Source: Verrucomicrobiota bacterium (GTDB lineage: Bacteria; Verrucomicrobiota; Verrucomicrobiia; Opitutales; Opitutaceae). From it: a DNA stretch of 57,292 nucleotides. Both the position numbers and the translations under genes were made by a program. Positions 1 to 8,736 of this stretch are shown piece by piece. Position 1 is the first letter of the stretch, and the number at the start of each line of letters is the position of its first letter. The stretch is from assembly GCA_023443985.1 (NCBI GenBank), contig JAEZSJ010000363.1, positions 1 through 57,292 on the forward strand, read 5' to 3'. The notes under the pieces are model-generated. The model had not been told where the DNA came from and searched no databases. It worked only from the letters and a program-made list of their open reading frames with translations.

Positions 1-327
1 GACTATTACGCATGCCGACTGTTGTTTGAGGTCCGTGCCGGAGACGTCGGAGTGGACTTCGGGAGCTTGACTGTCCTTGGCCCATTGCTGCGGCTGTCCC
101 GTAGCGCCGATGGAATTGAGTGGACTCCTCGGTTCTGGACAGGAGAGACGGTTCGCGTGGACTCGTCGAACCTCATCCTTTTCCGCACTCATGATGGACT
201 GCTCGAACGTGTGAACTCGATCGAGACACCGGCCGGCTCGATCTCCACCACTCGACCAATTCCGCCGCCAGACCGTTACCCGCGGCCGCGCGCACGGCTT
301 CTCCGCGAGGTGCTTGAACACCCGTGA
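1..327 (+). CDS. Partial CDS (3' end) of an unidentified protein entering from the left edge
   Basis: Frame +1 is open from nt 1 to TGA 325-327; track ORF 22..327 merely starts at an internal TTG. No family motif recognised, so coding status is itself uncertain. Confidence 0.3.
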   Translation, partial: DYYACRLLFEVRAGDVGVDFGSLTVLGPLLRLSRSADGIEWTPRFWTGETVRVDSSNLILFRTHDGLLERVNSIETPAGSISTTRPIPPPDRYPRPRARLLREVLEHP

Positions 328-397
328 CGAAGCAGCATTGACCTATGGCATATGTCCAACGTGATCTGTCTCAGGCCCAGAGGCGGGTCTGCCCAAG

Positions 398-1165
398 ATG
401 AACAATAGCATCCTCCTTGTAATTCCATGCTACCGAGAGCGCATGCGATTACCCGCATTTCTCACTGAGCTATTGGCGCAAGTGGAGACGCTCCCTTTTC
501 CAGTGACTGTCTGCCCAGTCGACGACGGATCAGGTGCTGAACATGCCAACTGGCTCCGAACGTTCGTAGAAGGTATTCGCCCCCATTCACCCAACTTGCG
601 CTCCGCAATCCTCTCACCAACGAATTTGGGAAAAGGGGGCGCAGTTTACCTCGGATGGCGCATGACTCCTGGCACTACGTGGCTCGCGTTCGCTGATGCA
701 GATGGCGCCACGCCACCCCGCGAGATCACAAGAGTCTTGCAGGAGATCGCGAGCGCACCCGCCCCTGCAGATGCCTATTTTGCCAGCCGGATCAAGATGC
801 TGGGTCGAACGATCTGTCGGCGCAAACTGCGACATGTAACTGGACGGATCTTCGCGACCGCGACTTCGACTATGCTCAACATCCCGGTCTATGACTCGCA
901 GTGTGGATTCAAGGTCGTTCGTCGCACAGCGTTCGACGAGGTATACCCGAAGTTGCGCGAGCAGCGGTTCTGCTTCGATGTCGATCTGCTGATTCAACTG
1001 CAACTGGCAGGGCGAGCCGTGGTCGAGGTGCCTGTTGACTGGGAGGATAAAGATGGGAGCAAAGTGAATATTGTTTCTGACTCGCTGTCCATGCTCTATT
1101 CCCTATTCAAGCTGCGCCGATTGATCATCCAGAGTCGACGAAACACGGATGGCCAACAAAGGTGA
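398..1165 (+). CDS. Glycosyltransferase family 2 (polyprenyl-phosphate sugar synthase-like)
   Basis: 255 aa with ATG at 398. GT-A/GT2 pattern: ILLVIPCYRE, VDDGS, FADADG (DxD), SQCGFK. GC is visibly lower than the rest of the window. Confidence 0.85.
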   Translation: MNNSILLVIPCYRERMRLPAFLTELLAQVETLPFPVTVCPVDDGSGAEHANWLRTFVEGIRPHSPNLRSAILSPTNLGKGGAVYLGWRMTPGTTWLAFADADGATPPREITRVLQEIASAPAPADAYFASRIKMLGRTICRRKLRHVTGRIFATATSTMLNIPVYDSQCGFKVVRRTAFDEVYPKLREQRFCFDVDLLIQLQLAGRAVVEVPVDWEDKDGSKVNIVSDSLSMLYSLFKLRRLIIQSRRNTDGQQR

Positions 1166-1253
1166 AGCGGGCGTCATCGCAAAGCATCCCCACGAGCCCG
1201 GGCAAGTAGGTCCTTGGCGAACCTTTTCAAAGGATAGAAGCACGCAAATACCG

Positions 1254-2024
1254 ATGCGCCTCCCCATGAGTCCGACTGAAAACATCACCCAGCACAACAC
1301 CGAGATCCACGAGAACTTGGCCCACTGGCAGCGCAAGTCGCTCCTTCGTGAGGTTTACGCCGGGTTCTATCGCGAGATCGCCGCCCGCATCGCCGGGCGT
1401 CCGGACGGTCCCGTGCTGGAGTGCGGCTCGGGCATCGGCAACCTCAAGAGCGTCATCCCGGACTGCGTCACCACCGACCTCTTCCCGAACCCGTGGATCG
1501 ATCGTGTCGAGAATGTCTTCGCGCTCTCCTGCCCCGATCGCTCCGTCGCGGCCGTGATCCTCTTCGACGTCTTCCATCACCTCGAGTACCCCGGCACCGC
1601 CCTCGCCGAAATCCAGCGTGTGCTGAAGCCTGGCGGTCGACTGGTCCTCTTCGAGCCGGCCACCGGACTGCTCGGCCGGATCGCCCTTGGCCTGTTCCAC
1701 CACGAACCGCTCGGCCTCGGCCAACCGATCACCTGGGCGGCCCCCACGGGCTGGGACCCGCACGCAGTCCGCTACTACGCAGCCCAGGGCAATGCCTGGC
1801 GACTCTTCCGCCGCGGCGAACACGCCGGGCGCCTCGCCGGCTGGACGCTCCGCGAGGTCACCTGCTTCTCCGCGCTGTCCTGGCTGCTCTGCGGCGGCTT
1901 CCGCGGACCGCAACTCTGCCCACGTTTCGCCCTGCCGCTGGTCCGCCTGCTGGAACGCGTGCTCGCGCTTGCCCCCACCCTTTCCGCCTCCCGCATGATC
2001 GTCGTCCTGGAAAAGAACGCATGA
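1254..2024 (+). CDS. Class I SAM-dependent methyltransferase
   Basis: Motif I VLECGSGIGNL and post-I LKPGGRLVLFEP. Start uncertain: ATGs at 1149, 1254 and 1266, and 1149 would overlap the GT2 stop. The stop TGA 2022-2024 overlaps the next ATG (ATGA). Confidence 0.8.
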   Translation: MRLPMSPTENITQHNTEIHENLAHWQRKSLLREVYAGFYREIAARIAGRPDGPVLECGSGIGNLKSVIPDCVTTDLFPNPWIDRVENVFALSCPDRSVAAVILFDVFHHLEYPGTALAEIQRVLKPGGRLVLFEPATGLLGRIALGLFHHEPLGLGQPITWAAPTGWDPHAVRYYAAQGNAWRLFRRGEHAGRLAGWTLREVTCFSALSWLLCGGFRGPQLCPRFALPLVRLLERVLALAPTLSASRMIVVLEKNA

Positions 2025-3457
2025 AGGCCCCCGCCACCACGCCCGCCTCCGGCCTCTCGCAGGCCCACCAACACGCGCTTGCCGCCGCCTTCGACCGGGA
2101 GGACGCCCGCCCCACCGCCGCCGCCCGATCCTACCGCCGCCTGCTCGCCCGGTACTACAATCTACTCATCCCCGCCGATGCCTCGGTGCTGGAGATCGGC
2201 TGCGGCGACGGCGAACTGCTCGCGCAGCTCAAGGCCGCCCGCAGGACCGGGGTTGATCTCTCCGCCAAGCAGCTGGAGCGGGCACGGTCGCGGATCCCCG
2301 ACGCGACCTTCATCGAGCAGGCCGGCGAGGAACTGGAGCTGCCGGGCCAGTCCTTCGACTACATCGTCGTCTCCGACACGCTCAACTTCGCGGCGGATGT
2401 GCAACAACTGCTGGCGCGGGCGCGCGCCGTCGCCATGCCGCGGACGCGGCTGCTGATCAACTCCCACAACAACCTGTGGCGGCCGCTCTTCGCCTTGGCT
2501 TCGGCGCTGGGACTTCGCTCCCGGCAGCCGCAGAGCTCCTGGCTCTCGCGCCACGACGTGGCCAACCTGCTCGAGCTCTCCGGGTGGGAAGTAATCAAAT
2601 ATCAACCACGACTGCTCTGGCCCGTCCGGACCCCGTTGCTCGCGCCGCTGTTCAATCGCTGGCTGGCTCCCCTCCTCCCGTGGGCCTGCTGCGCGGTCTT
2701 CACCATCGCCCGCCCGAAGCCCGTCGCGGTCGAGCATCCGCTGAGCGTGTCCGTCCTCATCCCGGCCCGCAATGAGGCCGGCAACATCGAGGCCGCCATC
2801 CAGCGCACGCCGCAGATGGGCTCGTGGACCGAGTTGATCTTCGTCGAGGGCAACTCCACCGACCACACCTGGGCCGAGATCCAGCGCGTGAAGGCCGCCT
2901 ATCCCGACCGCCGGATCAAGATCCTCCAGCAGCCCGGCAAGGGCAAAGGCGATGCCGTGCGCGCCGGCTACGCCGTGGCCGAGGGCGACGTGCTCATGAT
3001 CCTCGATGCCGACCTCACGATGCCGCCCGAGGAGTTGCCGAAGTTCTACCACGCGATCGCCTCCGGCCGCGCGGAGTTCGCGAACGGGTCGCGCCTCGTC
3101 TACCCCATGGAGAAGGAGGCGATGCAGTTCCTCAACATGGTCGCCAACCACTGCTTCGGCCACCTCTTCTCCTGGATGCTCGGGCAGCGCGTGAAGGACA
3201 CCCTCTGCGGCACCAAGGTCCTGCGGCGCGACCACTACCTGCAGATCGCGGCGAACCGCGCCTATTTCGGCGACTTCGATCCGTTCGGCGACTTCGACCA
3301 GCTCTTCGGCGCCGACAAGCTCAACCTCAAGATCGTCGACATTCCGATCCGCTACCGCGATCGCACGTACGGCTCGACCAACATCAGCCGCTGGCGCCAC
3401 GGCGTCCTTCTCCTGCGCATGGTGCTCTTCGCCGCCCGCAAGCTCCGCTTCGTGTAG
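2021..3457 (+). CDS. Fusion protein: class I SAM methyltransferase domain, hydrophobic segment, GT2 glycosyltransferase domain
   Basis: ATG 2021 is in frame with track ORF 1421..3457; the upstream part of that ORF is Arg/Pro-rich and overlaps the previous gene. N-terminal VLEIGCGDGELL (MT motif I); hydrophobic LLAPLFNRWLAPLLPWACCAVFTIA; C-terminal VLIPARNE, ILDADLTMPPEEL, LCGTK (GT2). Confidence 0.85.
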   Translation: MKAPATTPASGLSQAHQHALAAAFDREDARPTAAARSYRRLLARYYNLLIPADASVLEIGCGDGELLAQLKAARRTGVDLSAKQLERARSRIPDATFIEQAGEELELPGQSFDYIVVSDTLNFAADVQQLLARARAVAMPRTRLLINSHNNLWRPLFALASALGLRSRQPQSSWLSRHDVANLLELSGWEVIKYQPRLLWPVRTPLLAPLFNRWLAPLLPWACCAVFTIARPKPVAVEHPLSVSVLIPARNEAGNIEAAIQRTPQMGSWTELIFVEGNSTDHTWAEIQRVKAAYPDRRIKILQQPGKGKGDAVRAGYAVAEGDVLMILDADLTMPPEELPKFYHAIASGRAEFANGSRLVYPMEKEAMQFLNMVANHCFGHLFSWMLGQRVKDTLCGTKVLRRDHYLQIAANRAYFGDFDPFGDFDQLFGADKLNLKIVDIPIRYRDRTYGSTNISRWRHGVLLLRMVLFAARKLRFV

Positions 3458-3692
3458 GGTGCGCCCGCGCGGCCCTCCCCGGGCGCGCCGATCGCGACCG
3501 CGAAGACCTGCCCTGTCGCGTGGTTCTGGTGACCGGCCGCCCCCTGGCGGGTTTTGTGAAACCGAGCGCTTGCCACGTATTCGTCGCACCCTCAGCGTCG
3601 CACCGCATGGGTTTGGTGGCAGACCAGAACAACCGCATCTCGCGAGCGCATCCGGCACGGGTGCTTCGCGGCTCCGCAGCCCGACACCTTCG

Positions 3693-5042
3693 ATGAGAAC
3701 ACTCGTGATCATCGACGACGAGCCCGTCATCCGCGAGATGCTCGTGCGCCATCTCGAGGGCCAAGGGTGGAAGGTGCTGCAGGCCGACAGCGGCACCGAG
3801 GGTCTGGAGCTCATCGCCACCCACCGGCCCGCCGCGGTGCTCTGCGACCTGCTCATGCCGGGCACGACCGGTTTCAGCGTCTGCCGGTCCATCCGCGCGC
3901 GGCGCGACCAGCTCGGCGATGTCACGATCATCGTGACGACCGGCAGCAGCTTCCCCGCGGACCGGCAAAGCGCGCTCGAGGCCGGTGCGGACCACTTTCT
4001 GGTCAAGCCCGTCAGCCCCGCGCAGATCGCCCAGATTCTCTCCGCGCTGCCTGGTCCGCCGGAGGCGGACCCGCTCGCCGAACCGCTCCCGGCAGCCGAG
4101 GCGGCCACGGTGCGCTTCTGGGGCGTGCGCGGCTCCATCGCAACCCCCGGCGCCGAGACCGTCAGGTACGGCGGCAACACCACCTGTGTGGAGCTCCGGG
4201 TGGGCGAGGAGCTCATCATCCTCGACGCGGGCACAGGCATCCGCCCGCTCGGCGAGCGGCTGCGGCGGGAGTCCGGCGGACGGCCGGTCAGAGCCGAGAT
4301 CCTGCTCACCCACACGCACTGGGACCACATCCAGGGGCTCCCGTTTTTCGGACCGATCCACGATCGCGGCAGCATGATCTCCGTGCTGGGGTACGAAGGC
4401 GCGAAACAGAGCCTGCTCAAGACGCTGGCCGCGCAGATGGACAGCACCGTCTTCCCCATCGGCATGGATCAACTCGCCGGGAATGTGACGGTGCGCGAGC
4501 TGCACGAGCTCGAGTTTCGCGCCGGGCGCGTGCCGGTCCAGGCGGCGTTCATGAACCATCCCGGTGTCACGCTCGGCTACCGGCTGGGCACCCCCGGGGG
4601 CAGCGTCGTGTTCATGCCGGACACCGAGATCATGCCGTTTGCCCGTGAGCGTCCGGCGCGGCGCGAGCCGGAGCCGGATGCGGACACCGCGCGCTTCAAC
4701 GCCTACAAGAACCAGCTCCTCGCGGAATTCGCCGCGGGTGCGGAGCTTCTCATCTGCGATGCCCAATACACGGCCGAAGAGTACGAACGCCGCGTGGGCT
4801 GGGGGCACAGCTGCGTCGACGACACCGTCCGGCTCGCCCTCCAGGCTAAGGTGAAACGCCTCGTGCTCTTCCACCACGATCCCACCCACGACGACGACGC
4901 GATCGATGCGTTGGTCGCCCGGGCACGGGGTCTGGCGGCGGTCGAGGGCTCCGCCCTGCAGATCGATGCCGCCGCGGAGGGCATGGAGATCGAGCTCCGG
5001 CGCAAGCCCCGTCCCAGTCCTTCGGCTGCATCAACGATCTGA
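3693..5042 (+). CDS. Response regulator: receiver domain fused to an MBL-fold metallo-hydrolase domain
   Basis: ATG 3693 gives MRTLVIIDDEP. REC signature: DDE, phospho-acceptor in VLCDLLMPG, VTTG, LVKP. The C-terminal domain carries LTHTHWDHIQG (HxHxDH) and later FHHDP. Confidence 0.85.
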   Translation: MRTLVIIDDEPVIREMLVRHLEGQGWKVLQADSGTEGLELIATHRPAAVLCDLLMPGTTGFSVCRSIRARRDQLGDVTIIVTTGSSFPADRQSALEAGADHFLVKPVSPAQIAQILSALPGPPEADPLAEPLPAAEAATVRFWGVRGSIATPGAETVRYGGNTTCVELRVGEELIILDAGTGIRPLGERLRRESGGRPVRAEILLTHTHWDHIQGLPFFGPIHDRGSMISVLGYEGAKQSLLKTLAAQMDSTVFPIGMDQLAGNVTVRELHELEFRAGRVPVQAAFMNHPGVTLGYRLGTPGGSVVFMPDTEIMPFARERPARREPEPDADTARFNAYKNQLLAEFAAGAELLICDAQYTAEEYERRVGWGHSCVDDTVRLALQAKVKRLVLFHHDPTHDDDAIDALVARARGLAAVEGSALQIDAAAEGMEIELRRKPRPSPSAASTI

Positions 5043-5157
5043 CGACGTCGAGTCCGCGGCCGCAAGCGGGGTCCCTCCACGAGGTGAACAGGTCCGCAGC
5101 GCCTTCGCCCGACGGCAACCGACCGGCGGGCGAAGGGAGCCCCGGGCCGAGCGAGGC

Positions 5158-5775
5158 CTATTTCGCGTATTTCACCGAGCAGCCGTAGGCCTTCGTCACC
5201 GGCGTCTCGACGGGGCGGCCGGCCTTGAGGTCGCCGAGCGCCGCCAACACGTAGTTCTTTCCACGCGGCACGTCCTCCCGCTTCGCGGAGGGGATGCTGT
5301 CGATCGCACCGGAGTAGACCACCTTGCCCGCGGCATCGATCACGAACAACTGCGGCGTGTTCGTCGCGTGGTAGAGCCGTCCCACCTTGCCGTCGGCGTC
5401 GAGCAGCACGGCGGTCGGGGCGGCGTTCTTCTGCTGGGTGGTCGTGACCCACTCGTCGGGGGCCAGGTTTCCCTGCTGCCCGGGGGCCGAGGAGCACACC
5501 GAGAACCACACCGCCCCGTCGGCCAAGGCGGCGGCCTGCGTCTTCTGCATGTTGCCCGAGTCGTAGTGTTTCTGCACGAATGGGCAGCCGTGGTTGATCC
5601 ATTCGAGGACGACGACCTTCCCCTTGTAGGAGGAAAGCCGGTGGACCTGCCCGCGCGCATCGGTGAGCGTGAAGTCCGGCGCGGGTTTTCCGACTTCGGG
5701 GCGCTCGGCAGCAGCCGCGGAGAGGGTGAGCGAAGCGGCGACGGTCGCCGCGAGCAACAAGCGGAGTGGATTCAT
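5158..5775 (-). CDS. Secreted thioredoxin-fold / redoxin (AhpC-TSA-like) protein
   Basis: The internal ATG at 5775 gives MNPLRLLLAATVAASLTLSAAAA, a signal peptide. Followed by GKPAPDFTL...VVVLEWINHGCPFVQKHY, a redoxin-like fold. Confidence 0.75.
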   Translation of the reverse strand: MNPLRLLLAATVAASLTLSAAAAERPEVGKPAPDFTLTDARGQVHRLSSYKGKVVVLEWINHGCPFVQKHYDSGNMQKTQAAALADGAVWFSVCSSAPGQQGNLAPDEWVTTTQQKNAAPTAVLLDADGKVGRLYHATNTPQLFVIDAAGKVVYSGAIDSIPSAKREDVPRGKNYVLAALGDLKAGRPVETPVTKAYGCSVKYAK

Positions 5776-5887
5776 GGCAGAACGAGCTGAGGGTTGGAGT
5801 GTCGTCCGGGTAGGGACGGGCGAGCGGACCAAATTCGTCGTCGCCGGTTCCGCAAGTTCCGCCCATCGTGCAGCCGGAAAATTCCCG

Positions 5888-5980
5888 ATGCCATTCCGCG
5901 TCACACGTCAGGAGCAGAAGATCCTGCTGATTCTCGCCGCCCTGCTGGTGCTCGGCACGTTGGGCCTTTGGCTCATCTGA
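5888..5980 (+). CDS. Candidate 30-aa single-pass membrane micro-protein
   Basis: Translates as MPFRVTRQEQKILLILAALLVLGTLGLWLI, a basic N-terminus plus one hydrophobic helix. High GC3 (about 25/30 codons). Lies in the 350-nt divergent intergenic region upstream of fabV. No clear RBS. Confidence 0.3.
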   Translation: MPFRVTRQEQKILLILAALLVLGTLGLWLI

Positions 5981-6126
5981 AGCATCCCGTTGCACGCGCG
6001 ACCGATCAACATTAGGCCCGACGGCGGCCACGGAGTGCGTTCGTGCCCGTCCGGAATACCTGCCGGCAGGGCGCGGTTTACCTCTTGCCAGCCGGCTCCT
6101 TGGTCCGAACCTCCCCCGCCTTTACG

Positions 6127-7314
6127 ATGATCATCCGTCCGAAGACTCGCGGTTTCGTCTGCATCACGGCCCACCCGCAGGGGTGCGCCGCACATGTGCA
6201 GGAACAGATCGACACGGTCGTGCGGCGCGGGCCGATCACTGGTGGGCCCAAGAAGGTCCTGGTGATCGGTGCGTCCACCGGCTACGGGCTCGCTTCGCGC
6301 ATCGCCGCGGCCTTCGGTTCGGGCGCCGCCACGTTCGGCGTGTTCTTCGACCGCCCATCAGAAGAGGACCGCACCGCCACGGCGGGCTGGTACAACACCG
6401 CAGCATTCCACGCCGCCGCGCACCAGGCCGGCCTCTATGCCAAGAGCCTCAACGGCGACGCGTTTTCCGACGAGATCAAGCGCCAGACGATCGAAGCGCT
6501 GAAACGGGACCTCGGTCCGGTCGACCTCATCGTCTACTCCCTCGCCTCCCCCCGCCGCACCCACCCACGCACGGGCGTCGTGCACAAGTCCGTCCTCAAA
6601 CCGATCGGCGCGCCCTACACCAACAAGACGGTCGACACCGAGTCCGGCGAGGTCTCCGAGATCACGATCGAGTCCGCCACCGAAGCCGAGGTCACCGACA
6701 CCGTCGCCGTGATGGGCGGCGAGGATTGGGAACTGTGGATCAACGCCCTCGACGAGGCCAGGCTCATCGCCCCGGGCGCCACGACGATCGCGTATTCGTA
6801 CATCGGGCCCGAGGTCACCTGGGCCGTCTACAAGAACGGCACCATCGGCATGGCCAAGAACGACCTCGATGCCACCGCCAAACGGCTCAACGCCACCATG
6901 CGGGTGAACGGCTACGGTCGCGCCTTCGTCTCGGTCAACAAGGCGCTCGTGACCCAGGCCAGCTCCGCCATCCCCGTCGTGCCCCTCTACATCTCCGTCC
7001 TCTACAAGATCATGAAGGAGCGGGGGCTGCACGAGGGCTGCATCGAGCAGATCGACCGCCTCTACCGCACCCAGATGTACGGCGGCAACGCCCTCAACTT
7101 CGACGACGCCGGCCGAGTCCGCATCGACGATTGGGAGATGCGCGCCGACGTGCAATCCGAGGTCGCCCGCCTCTGGCCGCAGGTGAACACCGACAACCTC
7201 GCCGCGCTCACCGACATTGCCGGCTACCGCGCCGATTTCCTGAAACTCTTCGGCTTCGGTCTACCGGGCCTCGACTACGAGGCGGACACCGACCCCCACC
7301 TCGAGATGCCGTGA
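6127..7314 (+). CDS. fabV: Trans-2-enoyl-CoA/ACP reductase, FabV type
   Basis: MIIRPKTRGFVCITAHPQGC...VLVIGASTGYGLASRIAAAFG...YSLASP is a characteristic FabV/TER N-terminus. 395 aa. Confidence 0.9.
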   Translation: MIIRPKTRGFVCITAHPQGCAAHVQEQIDTVVRRGPITGGPKKVLVIGASTGYGLASRIAAAFGSGAATFGVFFDRPSEEDRTATAGWYNTAAFHAAAHQAGLYAKSLNGDAFSDEIKRQTIEALKRDLGPVDLIVYSLASPRRTHPRTGVVHKSVLKPIGAPYTNKTVDTESGEVSEITIESATEAEVTDTVAVMGGEDWELWINALDEARLIAPGATTIAYSYIGPEVTWAVYKNGTIGMAKNDLDATAKRLNATMRVNGYGRAFVSVNKALVTQASSAIPVVPLYISVLYKIMKERGLHEGCIEQIDRLYRTQMYGGNALNFDDAGRVRIDDWEMRADVQSEVARLWPQVNTDNLAALTDIAGYRADFLKLFGFGLPGLDYEADTDPHLEMP

Positions 7315-7475
7315 TGGCCGGGAGGTTCCGCACCGGCACGGTGGGCTGCGGAAACACCGCCGCTACAGCACGGGCCGCCGAGGGCACCAGCACCCGGGCA
7401 CAACCTCGGCTTTGGTCGAGGTCCAGCCTTTCCCATTGCCAGCCCACACGACGCCATTTTCGCTGACCGGTCTTC

Positions 7476-8672
7476 ATGGCGATCTCCTTTTTTTCCCGCG
7501 CCCGCAACGCCATCGCCGCCCGCTGCGCAAATGACCAGGCGACGAAGGCGCGACTACGGTTCGCGCCCTACTACCACGCCATGGAAGCGCAGCAGGGGAC
7601 GCGCATCCGCTTGGACGGGCGGGACCTGGTCATGCTCGCCAGCAACGACTACCTCGGTCTCTCCTTCCATCCCAAGGTGCTCGAGGCCGGCCAGCGCGCC
7701 ATGACCCAGTGGGGAGCGAGCACCACTGGCGCCCGTGTCTCCAACGGCTCCCGCACCTTCCATCACGCGCTGGAGGAGAAGCTCGCCGCGTTCCTTGGCA
7801 AGGAAGCCTGCCATGTCCATGCGGCGGGTTACCTCTCCTGCATGTCGGGCATCGCGTCGTTCGCCGCCAAGGGCGATGTCGTCCTGGCCGACAAGAACAT
7901 CCACTCCTGCCTCTGGGACGGCATCCGCCTCTCCAACGCCACCGTCGAACGCTTCGCCCACAACAACCCAGACGACCTGCGGGACGTGGCGAAGACGATC
8001 CCGGCCGACACCGCCCGGCTGATGATCCTCGAAGGCGTCTACTCGATGGAGGGCCACATCGCCCGCCTTCCGGAACTGATCGCCGTCGCCGAGGAGCATG
8101 AGTGCTTCAACGTGCTCGACGATGCCCACGGCTTCGGCGTGCTCGGCCGCGACGGGCGCGGCACCGCCGACCACTTCGGCCTCACCGACAAGATCGACGT
8201 GATCGTCGGCAGCCTCTCGAAGTCGCTCGGCAGCACCGGTGGGTTCGTCGCCGGCAAGCGCGAGTACATCGAGTACCTGCGTACCCACTCCAAGCACACG
8301 ATCTTCAGCGCCGCGCTCAGCCCCGCCCAGGCCGCCGCCGCGGAGGCCGCGCTCACGGTGCTGCAGACGGAACCGCAGCATCGCGAACGCCTCTGGGCCA
8401 ACACGCGCCGCTACGTCGCGTTCCTCAAATCGCTCGGGCTGGACACCTGGGGCAGCGAGACGCCAGCGGTCCCGGTCGTCGTCGGCTCGAAGGAGCGTGC
8501 CTATCGGTTCTGGCAGCTGCTCCGCGAGAAGGGGGTCTTCACGGTCATGTCCATCGCGCCCGCGGTCCCGCCCGGCAAGGATCTGATCCGCACCGCGATC
8601 TCCGCCCTGCACTCCGACGAGGATCTCGCCCGCATCGAGGAAGCGTTCACCTACGCCGCGAAACGGCTCTGA
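7476..8672 (+). CDS. PLP-dependent alpha-oxoamine synthase, serine-palmitoyltransferase-like
   Basis: 398 aa. Motifs SNDYLGL, LEGVYSMEG, DDAHGFG, GSLSKSLGSTGGFV (PLP lysine) and RERLWAN. From memory these resemble Spt more than BioF/Kbl. Confidence 0.85.
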   Translation: MAISFFSRARNAIAARCANDQATKARLRFAPYYHAMEAQQGTRIRLDGRDLVMLASNDYLGLSFHPKVLEAGQRAMTQWGASTTGARVSNGSRTFHHALEEKLAAFLGKEACHVHAAGYLSCMSGIASFAAKGDVVLADKNIHSCLWDGIRLSNATVERFAHNNPDDLRDVAKTIPADTARLMILEGVYSMEGHIARLPELIAVAEEHECFNVLDDAHGFGVLGRDGRGTADHFGLTDKIDVIVGSLSKSLGSTGGFVAGKREYIEYLRTHSKHTIFSAALSPAQAAAAEAALTVLQTEPQHRERLWANTRRYVAFLKSLGLDTWGSETPAVPVVVGSKERAYRFWQLLREKGVFTVMSIAPAVPPGKDLIRTAISALHSDEDLARIEEAFTYAAKRL

Positions 8673-8736
8673 CCGCCCCTGCCGCGGTGACGGGCTGACA
8701 GGCGCCGCCGCCGAAGCCAGGCGGCGCGAAACCCGG

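Noticed and set aside
1421-2020. N-terminal 200 codons of track ORF 1421..3457
   Set aside because: This part is Arg/Pro-rich and overlaps the methyltransferase gene in another frame. The real start is taken as ATG 2021, where the MT domain begins and an ATGA overlap couples it to the upstream stop.
2162-4465. 767-aa minus-strand ORF, with a similar one at 3384-4889
   Set aside because: They are antisense to the MT-GT2 fusion and the REC-MBL gene. They are Arg/Pro/Ser-rich and have no recognisable domain.
5102-5136. GC-rich hairpin (CCTTCGCCCG...CGGGCGAAGG) between the convergent REC-MBL and redoxin genes; a similar one lies at 8702-8727 between the AOS and GT4 genes
   Set aside because: Both have good stems, but neither has a U-tract on either strand, so I did not call them intrinsic terminators. 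They may still act as Rho-dependent or stabilising structures.
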